The translations under genes and the position numbers were made by a program. A DNA stretch of 64,000 nt, from positions 1,736,001 through 1,800,000 of the forward strand of contig VJWM01000044.1 in assembly GCA_010909165.1 (NCBI GenBank). The letters run 5' to 3'. This DNA is from Anthoceros angustus (Eukaryota > Plantae > Anthocerotophyta). Every line of letters begins with the position of its first letter. The first letter of the stretch is position 1. Below, in pieces: positions 35,362-49,239 of the stretch. The notes under the pieces were generated by a model that saw only the letters and a program-made list of their open reading frames with translations, ran no database searches and was not told the DNA's origin.

Positions 35362-37396
35362 TCTGCCTTCAGCTGAATGAGGATTTAGGTTTTGCGGGGG
35401 TGGGTGATGAATAGCATTATGTCGGCACCGGCCTGCACAATGGCTCCCAGTATTCGCTCAGGTCTGCGCCCCAGTTCCTTCCCGACAGCCTCTCTCGGGA
35501 GCTTGTCTCGAGAATGGACAGGGTTTTGTGCTTCCAAAGACAAGGTGATGACGAGGACATGGTCGATGAGCGCATGCTGTTCCTCAACAGGGTGGTGGAA
35601 ATTGCCCGAGTATCAGAGCCTGTGGAGCAGGCAGAAAGTGGTTGTGGATGCTTTTGGGAGGCCGCGGGCTTCTGCTTCCTCATCTGCACTGGACGTTGAT
35701 CAAGGGGCGAATGGTGCACGTTTTGGGGTTGAAGATGTTCGAAAATCTGCCTACAGATGGACAGACTCCAAGAGACCTCGAATCTGCATTCTCGGTGGGG
35801 GTTTTGGAGGCCTGTACACGGCATTGCAATTGGAGTCTCTGGTTTGGCCTGCAAACAAGCGGCCGCAGGTGCTGCTTGTTGACCAGTCGGACAGATTTGT
35901 TTTCAAGCCCTTGCTGTACGAGCTTTTGTCGAAGGAAGTGGATCAGTGGGAGATTGCTCCAAGGTTCTCGGAGCTGCTGGCTGGCACCAGCATCCAATTT
36001 GTGCAGGATAAGGTGAAGAATGTGACACCCTGTGATGCAGCAACGGGTCAGCGTGCACTAAGAGATATCGGAGGTACTGTGGTCCTGGAGAGTGGAACAC
36101 AGATTGAGTATGACTGGTTGCTGCTTGCACTGGGGCTGAGACGAGGATGAGCTTTTGTCCCGGGAGCCAGGAGCTTGCAGTGCCATTTTCCACTCTGGAG
36201 GACGCTCTCAAGGTGGATGAACGGCTCCTGGTACTTGAAGAGAGATTTGGAGCTGGAAAGTTGCCGATAAGTGTCGTGGTTGTGGGGTCGGGTTACTCGG
36301 GAGTTGAGCTAGCAGCTACTGTGGCCCAGCGTCTGGGAGGTCGAGGGGTTCAGGTGGTGGACAATGGCCTGACTGTCTGCCTTCAGCTGAATGAGGATTT
36401 AGGTTTTGCGGGGTGGGTGATGAATAGCATTATGTCGGCACCGGCCTGCACAATGGCTCCCAGTATTCGCTCAGGTCTGCGCCCCAGTTCCTTCCGACAG
36501 CCTCTCTCGGAGCTTGTCTCGAGAATGGACAGGGTTTTGTGCTTCCAAAGACAAGGTGATGACGAGGACATGGTCGATGAGCGCATGCTGTTCCTCAACA
36601 GGGTGGTGGAAATTGCCCGAGTATCAGAGCCTGTGGAGCAGGCAGAAAGTGGTTGTGGATGCTTTTGGAGGCCGCGGGCTTCTGCTTCCTCATCTGCACT
36701 GGACGTTGATCAAGGGGCGAATGGTGCACGTTTTGGGGTTGAAGATGTTCGAAAATCTGCCTACAGATGGACAGACTCCAAGAGACCTCGAATCTGCATT
36801 CTCGGTGGAGGCCTGTACACGGCATTGCAATTGGAGTCTCTGGTTTGGCCTGCAAACAAGCGGCCGCAGGTGCTGCTTGTTGACCAGTCGGACAGATTTG
36901 TTTTCAAGCCCTTGCTGTACGAGCTTTTGTCGAAGGAAGTGGATCAGTGGGAGATTGCTCCAAGGTTCTCGGAGCTGCTGGCTGGCACCAGCATCCAATT
37001 TGTGCAGGATAAGGTGAAGAATGTGACACCCTGTGATGCAGCAACGGGTCAGCGTGCACTAAGAGATATCGGAGGTACTGTGGTCCTGGAGAGTGGAACA
37101 CAGATTGAGTATGACTGGTTGCTGCTTGCACTGGGGGCTGAGACGAGGATGAGCTTTGTCCCGGGAGCCCGGGAGCTTGCAGTGCCATTTTCCACTCTGG
37201 AGGACGCTCTCAAGGTGGATGAACGGCTCCTGGTACTTGAAAGAGAGAGATTTGGAGCTGGAAAGTTGCCGATAAGTGTCGTGGTTGTGGGGTCGGGTTA
37301 CTCGGGAGTTGAGCTAGCAGCTACTGTGGCCCAGCGTCTGGGAGGTCGAGGGGGGGTTCAGGTGGTGGACAATGGCCTGACTGTCTGCCCTTCAGC
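35362..37396. repeat. ~1.0-kb tandem duplication of the NDC1 5' half
   Basis: Junction microhomology tctgcc(c)ttcagc at ~35362, ~36376 and ~37384; copies differ by short indels mostly at homopolymers. Confidence 0.9.
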
Positions 37397-38111
37397 ACCT
37401 GCCGGAAATCGAGAAGCAGCATTGAGGATTCTGTCTTCGAGGAATGTGGAGCTCGTTCTCGGCTACTCTGTGACCAGTATCAGCAACAGTGCAGCACACA
37501 ACGGTGTAAAATCCAGTCCCGGATCTGTTGTGCTTAACCTGAAAGGAACAAAGGAGAAGGGCGAGGAGCGGAAGCTACATGCTGATCTGGTGCTCTGGAC
37601 GGTGGGCACCAAGGCACTTGTTCCACCCGGAGACGTAGAAACCCAGCCTTCTTTTCCTCTGAATGGGCGAGGCCAAGCGGACACGGACAGCACTCTGAGG
37701 GTGAAGGGTCATCCTCGTGTTTTTGCCATCGGAGACTCAGCTGGTGCCAAGGACAGTTCTGGAAACCTGCTCCCAACAACCGCTCAGGTGGCTTTCCAAC
37801 AAGCTGAATACGCAGGCTGGAATCTGTGGGCTGCAATCAACGACAGACCACTTCGTGCGTTCAAATACACACATCTAGGAGAGATGATGACCCTCGGGAA
37901 GTACGATGGAGCAGTGACACCAAGCTTTCCAGATGGTCTGACGCTTGATGGTGTGGTCGGCCATTCAGCCAGGAAACTTGCTTACTTGTATCGGCTTCCG
38001 ACCAATGAGCACAAGTTGAAAGTCGGACTTAGCTGGTTCGCCAAGACGGCCATAGACTCCATCTCTTTTGCCCAAGACACCCTTGCCAACATCCTAGCCC
38101 CACCACGATAG
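35407..38111 (+). CDS. NDC1: Type II NAD(P)H dehydrogenase C1 (plastid/mitochondrial); 5' half duplicated in this assembly
   Basis: WTDSKRPRICILGGGFGGLYTAL.LESLVWP, LVDQSDRFVFKPLLYELLS, VVGSGYSGVELAAT, FAIGDS, TAQVAFQQA, RKLAYLYRLPT; N-terminal transit-like peptide. Confidence 0.92.
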
Positions 38112-40754
38112 TCTGGCGCTATGAGTCTTTTCCCGCCAGCTGTGGTGCCTAGTGTGGAAGGCTATTTTTCCTGTATGCATGTGCCTGAAAACCAAACATG
38201 CGCAGTTTGAGTTCCGTCTGGTCCTGGCGTGTGAGGGAGGCTAAAACTGGGAGGATGAACTAGTGATGAGAAGCTAACTAGCGGTGGAACTCCTGGCCTC
38301 ACCCCTTAACATGGTGCATGTATGGCAATTATGGTCAAGGACATGGTAAGGATATCCCAACTTCTGCGGACGAGAATGATTCGTGCCCCATGTAGAGAGG
38401 TTTCCAAGGCTTTCAAAACGGGCAGGCACGGCTGGTGTGTGCAATCGTGTTGTGGCTACAGTCCTTTGTCAAAATACTTTTTTGCCCCGTTGTTGCATGC
38501 TCGACCAGGCACACCAGCTATAAGGTTGGTCTTTGGGTATCCAAAAGAGGCAGTTATACAAAGGTGGAAGAAGCACACGGGTACGTACGTACATACATAC
38601 GCACGCTTATCCTCAAACCGCCATAGCCACACCCTTGACATTTTTTGAGAAAGCTTGTTGCAGCCAGTGACATCTCACTGACTCCGGATGTGTAACAGGC
38701 ACTCCGAAGCATACAAAAATACGCTGTATGAGGACTCTTGTCTCCTTCGTTGAGATACCAAGAAGAATAGAATCCAGTTGTGTACTGTTGGCAGGTCGCT
38801 TCTGGTGGCCCGGCTGTGCACAGCTGGCACGCAAGCAGCTACTTCCTGTGGACCAGTCGCTAACAGCCGTGTCGTGGGTGCATGGTCCGGGTCCTGGGTG
38901 CTGTGGGGACCCTTCAAGCTTGCCGCCTTCAATGCTTCAATGCCGCTGCTGTAAAATTGTGCTAGACTACAACGTGAGTGCCAGGAGCATCCCACGCATT
39001 CGCTGTGGGACCATACATGGCGACCACACATCCCCAAAGCCCATCATCTTCCGGTGCCCCATTGCTATGCGGCATCGCGACGGCGAGCAGAAATTCACGT
39101 GGGCGACCCGCCAGCTGCTCCCTGTGTACGTCCATACATGCATTGCCGATACATAGGCACACACATATGTACATTGCACTCCATTCTCTCCCGTCAAGCA
39201 AGGCGCGTCGCTGGCACCGCAGGCCGTGGCTACAGTGAAAACCTAAAAAAAATAATGGCAATCCTTGCGCCCGGGGCTCGTGCCCCGAGAAATCGTGCTC
39301 ACCAGACGTCAGCGTGCCTGCCTGCGCGTGACTTGCTGTTTTTTTTCCAACCCTAGGCAGACTAGGTGCAAACCTAGCGGAGGAGTCGGGAGTCGGACTC
39401 GTGCAAGCCCCCGTTCCGCCGCCGCCTGAGCAACCATGGCGCCTGCAAGTTGTACAATTTCAATCCCCGCCAGTCCAGTGATTCGCTGTCGCACAGAACA
39501 ACAATCGGTCGGTGGCCAGGATTCTCGAGCCGTGACTTGGCCACCCGATTCGAAATTCTGGAATCGCCGTGGTCGATCGGTGTTGAGAGCGAGCCCGGAA
39601 CTTGTGGTCGGTTGATGGTTGCTTGCGCCGGGGGTCGGCAGCAACGCACTGTCCCGAGCATCGCAACTGTGCAAGTAAGACACGACACGGGACTGTGCGC
39701 ACTCCCCGCAGCAGTCTATTCTGCGCTACTGCGCCGAGGCCCCCACTTCCCAAGAGACAAATTCTGTAGGGCTGGGCATCCGATATTCCCAGTTTTTTAT
39801 TCCGCACCCGCCACGGCCGCCCTGCCACGTGGCGCGATGCCCCCGCCAGAGCGCCTCCGGGAGGCCCGGGGACGTTTGTTTAGGCGGACGGTCGGTGGCG
39901 GGGCCCAGTGGGGCCCTGGACGCTGCTGCAGCGCACTGTGCGATTCAGCCTCCGCCCGCTCCCGGGCCTCCGCTCACAGCAGGAGGAGAAGGGATGCTCG
40001 GCCGCTCTGGCGGACGCGCCGCATCTCCTCTGTCGCCGTGCGATCTGCTGCTCCGGCGCCTTTCCCTAAAACGCACAAGATTCGAGTACCTGCCTCCAAT
40101 CCACACAGGGTGCGCTCCCTCCCGCCTGTGCTCTTCTCCTGTGCTCTTCTCCTGTTCCTTCTCTGCATCTCTGTGCTTCCACGGACTGGTAAAGAGTGCT
40201 TGCTAGATATGTATGTAGATTATTAAATTGCTGCTGGAGATGCTGATGGAGTTAATGCCTTTACGTTGTCTTCTCTCCTGTGAGTTCACGCTGAGTCCTG
40301 GGGTCCTGGAGTCCTGCTACTGCTGCCCTGGCTTGGAAGTGACGCAGTAAAAGCGTGCTGGGATGTGTCCGGGCGCGGGACTTGGTTGTCAGTGGGGGGT
40401 CGTCGTGGGTGGGCTCCTTTTTGCGTAGTCAGTGGAAGAAGCGTTTACCTCATCCCTCGTCAGGGCCCATGTCTCGAGGGCTTCATCACAGCTCTATCGC
40501 AGCAGCTTCTTGCTCTCTGCCCTGACGGCTGCCTGCTGGCTGTTGTCGGCCCCCATCGAGGCCAGGAATTCGGTGGCACGGACAGGCACCGAATCCCTGG
40601 CCTCGGTTGTTGCACGGTAACGTCTCCCCCGGTGCCAGCTGGGCGGGGATCGGATTTGTGTTTTGTGTTTTGTATGTGGTGAGGCTGGGAGAGAGTATAA
40701 GGGGGGAGCCTGCCCGCCCCCCGGATGTTGTAAGGCGGGACACGGGCGGGGAGA

Positions 40755-43445
40755 GGGGTAAGGGGAGGGATCTGCTGGCTCTCCCCGCTCTCTTGTTTGC
40801 TTTCCTCCCTCAGCTGCTGGCTGGTGGCGTGCTTGCTGCTGTCCGAGGATATGCATGGCGCTGGGGAGCTTCACGTGGAAGAGGATCAAGCTTAAGTCCA
40901 TCTCCACGTTCGTCATCAAAGCGATCGTGAATGCAGCGTGTGATGCCAGCCGGCAGCTATCTGATGAGGATTCCTTGTTTGAAATCAGGCGAGCGATTGC
41001 TGGTCTGAAGGAGTACCGAAGCAACGGGGAGCAGTCGGACGCGGACAGCTCTGACGACGAGGATTTCATGGCGCCCAGGTGTCGGAAGCATCCGGAGGCG
41101 GGGTGCTGGTGGGGTGTGTCCGTTGTGCTTGACGGTGTGTTTGACGAGGCTTGCGGCCGCGGAGCAGGCCAGCTCGCGGGAGGAAGAGCTCGGAGGCTGC
41201 CAGCCCGGTTGCTGGGGACAGTAAGGCTGGGGAGGAGCAAGAATGCGCCGGGGCAGGCGGCCTCGGCAGGGCCTGTGAAGGCAGGGTGGACGGCTAAGCA
41301 GCAGAAGGCGTCCGCGCCTCTTGCGGCATTGAAGGATGGGCTTCCGAGGGCGGGTTCCAGGAAAGGGGACGGGAGCGGGGCCGGCTCCGAGGTCGGCACC
41401 ACTAGCGCCCGCAATTCCTTCTCGGACAAGGGGAGTGCGAGTGGGGAAGGCAGCCGGAGGTTCTCGAGAGTGGAGGTTGTGCACCAGTACTGTGCGCGGT
41501 CTGATTTCAAGAGTTCCTTGAGTGGGCATTTCAGCAAGTCCAAATCGGGGAGGTCTGGAGGCGTGAACAGCGGTGCTGTGGAGGGTGGAGCTTCCGAAAG
41601 CGGAGGGGTCCGTGGAGTGAAGAGGTCGAATTCCAGTGGGAGTGCTTCCTTGATGGCAGGCACGGTGTGGGAGAGGAGGAGGAGCTCAACGGACTCGCCA
41701 TTGAGGGGGTCTGGCCGGAAATCGACGTCCGGGGAGGAAATTTCAAGCAGGAGTGTGAGCGGGGCAGCAGCGGGAGGACTGCTGCTGTTCCTGCTTCCAG
41801 TGCCGCGTATCGGCAATCCGGGGAACTTGTCTTGGGTGTCCAGGTGGAAGTTCCGGAAGCCTGCGGACGCTCCGTCTGTCACCAAGAAATTGTCCATTTC
41901 CGCTCTAGTGCACCCGGACGGCGTCACGGTGTAGCAGGAGGAGCACGGATGATGGTTATTTGGTTCTTGGACATGCCCTAAGCAGGGCTGTTGCTCGTAC
42001 CGCAACCTCACCTTCTGCTCTCCGGTCATGGAAGCTAGTGCAATCGGCTGGGTTGCAGCTTGCCGTTGGTTGTAACGGTAACGGTGGAAGGGGGTAAGGG
42101 AGGGATCTGCTGGCTCTCCCGCTCTCTTGTTTGCTTTCCTCCCTCAGCTGCTGGCTGGTGGCGTGCTTGCTGCTGTCCGAGGATATGCATGGCGCTGGGG
42201 AGCTTCACGTGGAAGAGGATCAAGCTTAAGTCCATCTCCACGTTCGTCATCAAAGCGATCGTGAATGCAGCGTGTGATGCCAGCCGGCAGCTATCTGATG
42301 AGGATTCCTTGTTTGAAATCAGGCGAGCGATTGCTGGTCTGAAGGAGTACCGAAGCAACGGGGAGCAGTCGGACGCGGACAGCTCTGACGACGAGGATTT
42401 CATGGCGCCCAGGTGTCGGAAGCATCCGGAGGCGGGGGTGCTGGTGGGGGTGTGTCCGTTGTGCTTGACGGTGTGTTTGACGAGGCTTGCGGCCGCGGAG
42501 CAGGCCAGCTCGCGGGGAGGGAAGAGCTCGGAGGCTGCCAGCCCGGTTGCTGGGGACAGTAAGGCTGGGAGGAGCAAGAATGCGCCGGGGCAGGCGGCCT
42601 CGGCAGGGCCTGTGAAGGCAGGGTGGACGGCTAAGCAGCAGAAGGCGTCCGCGCCTCTTGCGGCATTGAAGGATGGGCTTCCGAGGGCGGGTTCCAGGAA
42701 AGGGGACGGGAGCGGGGCCGGCTCCGAGGTCGGCACCACTAGCGCCCGCAATTCCTTCTCGGACAAGGGGAGTGCGAGTGGGAAGGCAGCCGGAGGTTCT
42801 CGAGAGTGGAGGTTGTGCACCAGTACTGTGCGCGGTCTGATTTCAAGAGTTCCTTGAGTGGGCATTTCAGCAAGTCCAAATCGGGGAGGTCTGGAGGCGT
42901 GAACAGCGGTGCTGTGGAGGGTGGAGCTTCCGAAAGCGGAGGGGTCCGTGGAGTGAAGAGGTCGAATTCCAGTGGGAGTGCTTCCTTGATGGCAGGCACG
43001 GTGTGGGAGAGGAGGAGGAGCTCAACGGACTCGCCATTGAGGGGGTCTGGCCGGAAATCGACGTCCGGGGAGGAAATTTCAAGCAGGAGTGTGAGCGGGG
43101 GCAGCAGCGGGAGGACTGCTGCTGTTCCTGCTTCCAGTGCCGCGTATCGGCAATCCGGGGGGAACTTGTCTTGGGTGTCCAGGTGGAAGTTCCGGAAGCC
43201 TGCGGACGCTCCGTCTGTCACCAAGAAATTGTCCATTTCCGCTCTAGTGCACCCGGACGGCGTCACGGTGTAGCAGGGGAGGAGCACGGATGATGGTTAT
43301 TTGGTTCTTGGACATGCCCTAAGCAGGGCTGTTGCTCGTACCGCAACCTCACCTTCTGCTCTCCGGTCATGGAAGCTAGTGCAATCGGCTGGGTTGCAGC
43401 TTGCCGTTGGTTGTAACGGTAACGGTGGAAGGGGGGGTAAGGGGG
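40755..43445. repeat. ~1.34-kb tandem duplication
   Basis: Junction microhomology ggggtaaggg at ~40755, ~42091 and ~43434. Confidence 0.9.
40855..43273 (+). CDS. DUF740/OCTOPUS-like protein in two tandem copies (40855-41934; 42189-43273)
   Basis: RCRKHPEAGVLVGVCPLCL...RL (Cx2HP...GVCx2CL motif) followed by an S/G/R-rich region; each copy has different frameshifts. Confidence 0.7.
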
Positions 43446-43789
43446 CTATTACAAAGTTTTGGGATAAACCATGATAGGCAAGGGAAACAACCTGTTTGTG
43501 TGGGCAAGCTTCCACCTGCAAATGTCTGCAGTGCGATGGTGGGTGATTTGTTTCATTCTGGCTGAGAGTGCTCAGCTGGAATTGCCTTGTCCTTAAGCCT
43601 TCGCTGAATGGCCGGAGCTGCAATGATCTTTGAAATATCTACCTCCAAGCAATATTTTATGCCACTCCTGTGTTACGGCTGATTGTAGTTATGATGTAGT
43701 AGGAAATCGTTCTTGCGTTGCCAACACTGTTGGTTCGCTTGTTTATATGTGTGTGTAGTGGATTGCCTGCAAGAAAGAGGTGGTTCGGG

Positions 43790-44045
43790 CTGTTCAAAAG
43801 CTTCTAGGAAATGGCAATATGTTTTGGGCTTTTCAAAAGCGTCTTCGACATGGCCGTGTGTTTTGGACTGCTCAGAAGCTTCGTCGACATGGCTGTGTGT
43901 TTTGGACTGATCAAAAGCGTCTTCAACATGGCCGGATGTTTTGGACTGCTCAGAAGCTTCGTCGACATGGCTGTGTGTTTTGAACCGTTCATAAGAGTCA
44001 TTCTTATTTTTTAATGGACTTGTTCAGAAGCTTCTTCGAGATAGC
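43790..44045. repeat. 39-bp minisatellite with alternating A/B units
   Basis: ttttggactgctcagaagcttcgtcgacatggctgtgtg alternates with ttttgg...tcaaaagcgtcttc.acatggcc...tg. Confidence 0.85.
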
Positions 44046-44415
44046 TAATGTGCAGAAAGTGTTCTAACGCTTTATCCCTGTTCCATGTCACGACGGTCTT
44101 AACGCAACTAGTGCTTCGTCAACTTCTGTACTTTAAATTTTCTACCGTGGCGGTCTTTGTGGATTGCAACAGACTTTCCAATTTAATGATACAATAATTG
44201 ATAAGTGTGTTGCGTACATATAAGCAGGACCAACGACAATTTCCGCTGAAAAGCTACTTCACTTGAAAGCTACGTCGTCAGGTCATTATTACGGTATGTA
44301 ATATGCTCACCAATTATGATACAAGTCCAATACGAATACACCTGCTTAACAATCCTTGCCTCACGCCTCACTGGGCATGAATGGTGGCAGGTGAAAATGA
44401 AAACGGAAAAAAAAT

Positions 44416-47400
44416 TTAAGCGGACTCCGGTAGCATAGGGGAAGATCGTAGAAGGCGTTCCACCTCATCACTTACTTCAGCTTGCAATTTCCATTCCTGT
44501 TCGACCACGACAAGATATTAGCTTTCCCCCTTACGACTGCATTTTCATTGATAAAAAAGACGCTCATAGATGAATACCGCTTGAAGAGACTCGACCTCCA
44601 TCAGGCGTTCGATCTGTTCTGCAATGCTTGCCTGGGTGACAGTCGTATTGAAGGGCTTTAGAAAGAACCACAAGCAGAACAAATCGAAGGATAGCGACAA
44701 ATGTTTGCAGGTGAGACATTTCGCGATCAGCAATCTCACCGCAGCACCAGCGTCCTCTGCAGCTAGAACATCCACATCCATCTCTACTTCAATCTCAATC
44801 ATGGAAGCAACCTGCATGCAACACACACGCACGCTCTCTCTCTGAGTGAGGTGGAAGCAAGGCAAGTTGGACCAGCAACTGGCAGGGGATCATTGCTGTA
44901 AGCAAAACGAGGCAGGGGGGTCGGACATCCACCTTGGCATAGTTGTCCATTAGTTCAAGTCGAGCCGTCAGTCGTTCATCCAGACCCTCTCTGGCCTTCT
45001 TCACTCGTGCAATCCTGGCACTACACTACCGAAGTAATAAGATTATCAGTGGATATTCCAGGCAAACGAGTTGGCCTCTCACTGTTCGATGGTTCACTTG
45101 AAAAGCATTTTCACCTGTAGGTGTCTATCCCCACAGCTTCCATTTTGTTCTGAAGTTGGCACATCCGAGCCAACATTCGCACCTGTATGACCAAACCAGG
45201 TATGAGACCATTCACACATCTCGCGCATGGACCGCAAGAATAATGATGGAAGTAGTAATACCTCTTCAGCTGCGGCACGCGAGAGCTCTTCAAGCCGTTC
45301 CTGCAATTTCTGATGTTGAGAAAGCAACTGTTGCCTGAGAGCTGTGGCGTCCACTGCTTTTTGTGGGAGCTACCGACAGATAGGGCTGATTTAGTTCCAC
45401 ATGACATTCGGCAGGATGGGGAAGAACCCAAACTCCAGACGAAAGTCAGTTCTCCAACAATTGTTTAGGTGAGCATACCTGATTCAATTTGGGCAGGACA
45501 AATGCATTTGCAGCTCCACCAAGGGCCACAGCAGCAGCCGCCCCGACGGCGATCACTTGAGGAAGAGTTGGGTCGATCAAAGCCGTTGCAGCATCACTGC
45601 TAGCAAGCAACACTGCAGCAGGAACGAGGACAGATGTGTCGAATGACGCTCCACTCCCAGACTTTGGAGGGGCGCGTGTTAAGTCTGACACACGCCCAGT
45701 TACATGATTTGTGATTGCCATAGGTTCAGCTGGCCGCCACCCTGGGGCTCTGGTGCTGGATTTCAAGGGGCCTATGCCACGTCCTGCCGAGGCTGGAGCT
45801 GCCAAAGCTACTGTGACCCTCTCTCCCTCTTGTGCAGGAAGATCTGCTGTTGCTGTTGCAAATCTGTGTGTTCGAGCTAGACCACCTGGAGTTCTTACCT
45901 TCAGGAAACATGTAAAATGGTTAGAGACCTTCAAAGCTCAGATGGACAGGAAACGCTGGCGTACAGTTCGATAGACTGCAAGCTCACCACAACTGCATGC
46001 ACAGCTGCTGCAGGAGCCCGGCTCCCAAACTGCAACACCCGCACACCTCTTTGGAACATAGAGATCTCTCCGCTGCAAGTCCTTACTTTGTGAGCGGGCA
46101 AAATTTCATTACCCAGCCTGTCTCGGAAGCAAATGTCTCGAATAACATCGAGCTTACCTTAGAGATTCACTTTCACAGCTAACCACATCCCCAGACATGA
46201 GTTCGTACTGATATCGACATTTTGCACAGGGCACCAGCTGCAGCAATTTAAACATAGTCAGAGCTCCATTCCCACCTGTTATTGATAATGAGACAGCATT
46301 CACCACACTGACTCACCTGAATACCATGCTGCGGCTGGACAACTGCAAGAGGTGTTTTACAAGTTGGGCACATCACAACTTTTCCAAAAGGAACCTGCAT
46401 ACAGAATCTAAACCATCCCTTGTGAGAACTGCAGTTACTTCAGGCAACCAGTTTTTGGTTATCACACAAAGTGCTGTCCTTGACCCAACAGGATGAACAC
46501 CAAGCATTCCTGAGTCCATGCTCCAGCTGCATTGCGTTAGGGTATTTCTAGTTCATTCAACAAGTTTGATTCAATTAGACGAGAGGTCAAAGCGGCATTC
46601 CCTACACACAAGGAGGATACCGTGACCTAGTTCAGGCTGCTATAAAACACTTTCAGTAGCTTCACCAAACAAAATTCGACACACCTCATCACCAGAAGGA
46701 ACACCACGACGCCGTATATCAGCCACTTTCTCGAGCGCATCTGATACTCGCAGAGATGCAGCCAGACCTCGAACCAAAGCAGAATAGGTGGTTACGTCGG
46801 CCTGTGGCCATCTCCAGCAGCCGTCTTTCTCACCACCAAGACTAACTGCACAAAACATAGCCCGTGGAATGAAACATGATAGAGAAAACCCGCAACCTTC
46901 AACCGAAACAGCCCCAAACAGCTAACAAGGATTCACCTTCATCAGTGTCAAGCCTTCGTATCAAAAGGCTGGAGCGCATGGCATCAAGTATTGAATAAGC
47001 TAACTCTACGTTGTTCTCTGCGAGTGCAGCTACTATCAGATCCGAACACTCCGTATTGCTCAAGACACGGCCCTCCCCTCCAGCTACTTCAGAGATCAGT
47101 GACAACACGGCATCTGCATTTGGTGCTGTTGCCAGCTTTCGCAACAGCCTGTCAGCTTGTGCCACCACATCTGATAGGTCCTCTGTCTCTGCATTAGCAG
47201 AGACTGCTGGGTAGCTATCAGGCTTCAACGTGCGCGAGAACCTAGCTGCTTCAGTAGCTTCGACAGGTTCATTGGCCCTTATATCAGGAGAAATGGTGGC
47301 TCTCATTGCAGCCGTAGCTATGTCTCTGAAATTGCCATCCGCCAAAGATGACACATTATCCATGACTCCACCCGCCAGCTTCCGTTGCGAATCTTCCCCA

Positions 47401-48371
47401 GGCACACCTTGAAGCCCAAGATTGAAGAGTTCCGCTCCGGCATCCACCGTATTTTTAGCCGCTGTTCCATCCCTGCCATCGGAACTGACATTGTACTGCC
47501 CATTTTCAGCAGCATGGAGAACAAATGCAATGGACCTCGTTCTTGACACACATGAATACTGTCTGCTTGGATGATCAATCCCCAGGGAGGAGTCTCCGGT
47601 AGCCAGGCACAGTCTTTTGGAACAACAGCACGCCTTCAGGCTTTGGTCAACCCCACTTCTCGACTGCTGAAAGCTGATGACCCTGCGACCTGAAGATGGC
47701 AGGCCACTAGCTTTAGCACGAGGAGCCAATGTTACTAAACACCGGGCATTTTTGGGCCTGGGATATTTCCAGCTTCCACACAATGTCGCTGGACAACGCC
47801 TTAGATGTCTTGTGGTCCGATAATCCAAGGAATTACATGCTACCAGAGCTCCAACCTCGAGATCTGTTCCAAGCGGGTATGTTGGTACACCAAATTTTCT
47901 TGGAGAGTAACCTAAGCATCTACAATCAAGAACAGGGCCTGAGATATGTACAAAACCTAATCTCCGCAATGCAGTCCTGGCAAGGCATGGGCAGAGCTGG
48001 CTCCTAATCCTGCCTGTTGAATCTGCGCCACGCCTGCAAGCATACCTTGGATTTCCTCTACCAGGTCCACTGTATGCACTACTGCAGGAAGGGGCTGGAC
48101 ACCGAAGTCTCTCCACTTGTGCAGATCGGCCCAGCCTTGCATCGGGACCCGATACTGGCGCCACACTGTATGCAACAGCAATCCCTGTTGAAATTCTGCT
48201 CTCGGAACCTCCACATTGATTCGTTTGGAGAACAGAACCCTGCCATGGAATTGGTCCTGACAGACAGTGCGAGACCGATGTCATCGGCGACCGCAAGCCG
48301 CCGACGCGTGTGCTACTGGCTAGGCACATACAGGGGCCTCCTGCTGCTATGTTGGCCATCACATGACACAC
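44416..48371 (-). CDS. At1g64430-like chloroplast protein (PPR-like repeat, CxxC zinc ribbon, TM segments, coiled coil), 12 exons
   Basis: GT-AG exons approx. 48371-46937, 46845-46685, 46394-46317, 46238-46158, 46072-45988, 45898-45479, 45369-45262, 45183-45115, 45020-44933, 44811-44740, 44631-44578, 44496-44416. Motifs GLAASLRVSDAL, VPFGKVVMCPTC, CAKCRYQYEL, ARTHRFAT...DLPAQEGERVT. Confidence 0.85.
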
Positions 48372-49239
48372 GCCCCCACAATCTTAACGGTTCAGACCTG
48401 GATTCAAGCTGACCATGTTCCACAGCTAGCTCAGACAATGAGCAAGGCGGCAATTGCTGCGGCCGCCCTCTAAGCCAGTGCAACCATCCACAGGACCTGC
48501 TGGAGCAGCACCATTTGCCTCAAATGCGAACGCTTCTGGCTACCCATCACACGCCGTGATCCATCTGGAGCCCCACATGCCTTCCGCATTCTACCGTGAA
48601 GCCGTCGTCATTCGGTAGGTTCAACCGTATCTCACGCAGGCATTGCTCACCTTGGCTGCTACGATCCCTTTGATTCGGGGTGCAGTCTACCATGGGCACT
48701 GTCTTCCGACTGACGTGGCAAGCAACCCTTGGTGGAGAGTCTTTGGAGGATAGAGGTCGTGACATGATCTTTGGAGATTTACCAGCAATATATAATAGAC
48801 GTGCTTGCCAAATGCTCCAATGGCCGCGGCACAGGAACAACTGGAACATTTCTCGGGTGGTTATCCACAGCAGTTTACAAATAGTTATCCACCCAGATAA
48901 ATTGCGGAAAGTCGGATCAAACCAGTTCTCTTGAGAGCCACTTTTCGCACGGACACAAATCAAACGCCGTAGGGACGCATAGAAAAGCACCACACATGCG
49001 ACGTATGGGTCCCTGGCCAACCATCGAACACCTGTCTGTCAAATCCTGTACTTACACTTGCCATGAAGTACCAACATCTTGGGTTCAACTGCTGGGCCCC
49101 CCTCGCAACTCTGTTTACCTCTGTAACCAAGCGGAGAGACCATCTCCCTTGCAACCAATCGGAGAGACCATTCCTTACGTCCTCCTGTCTTGCTCTTCTC
49201 GCATGCCACTAGGACACGACCTTTCTGCCCCACGCCCTG

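Noticed and set aside
36147-38111. 654-aa ORF as a novel NDC1 fusion
   Set aside because: Chimeric product of the tandem-duplication junction and frameshifts.
38300-40700. Many overlapping ORFs between NDC1 and the DUF740-like gene
   Set aside because: No motifs; GC-rich promoter/5' UTR-like sequence.
40494-43287. Long minus-strand ORFs (511, 276, 182 aa)
   Set aside because: Shadow frames of the GC-rich DUF740-like gene.
43790-44045. 39-bp repeats as CRISPR or a coding repeat
   Set aside because: Alternating units are related to each other rather than unique spacers; the short ORFs arise because 39 is a multiple of 3.
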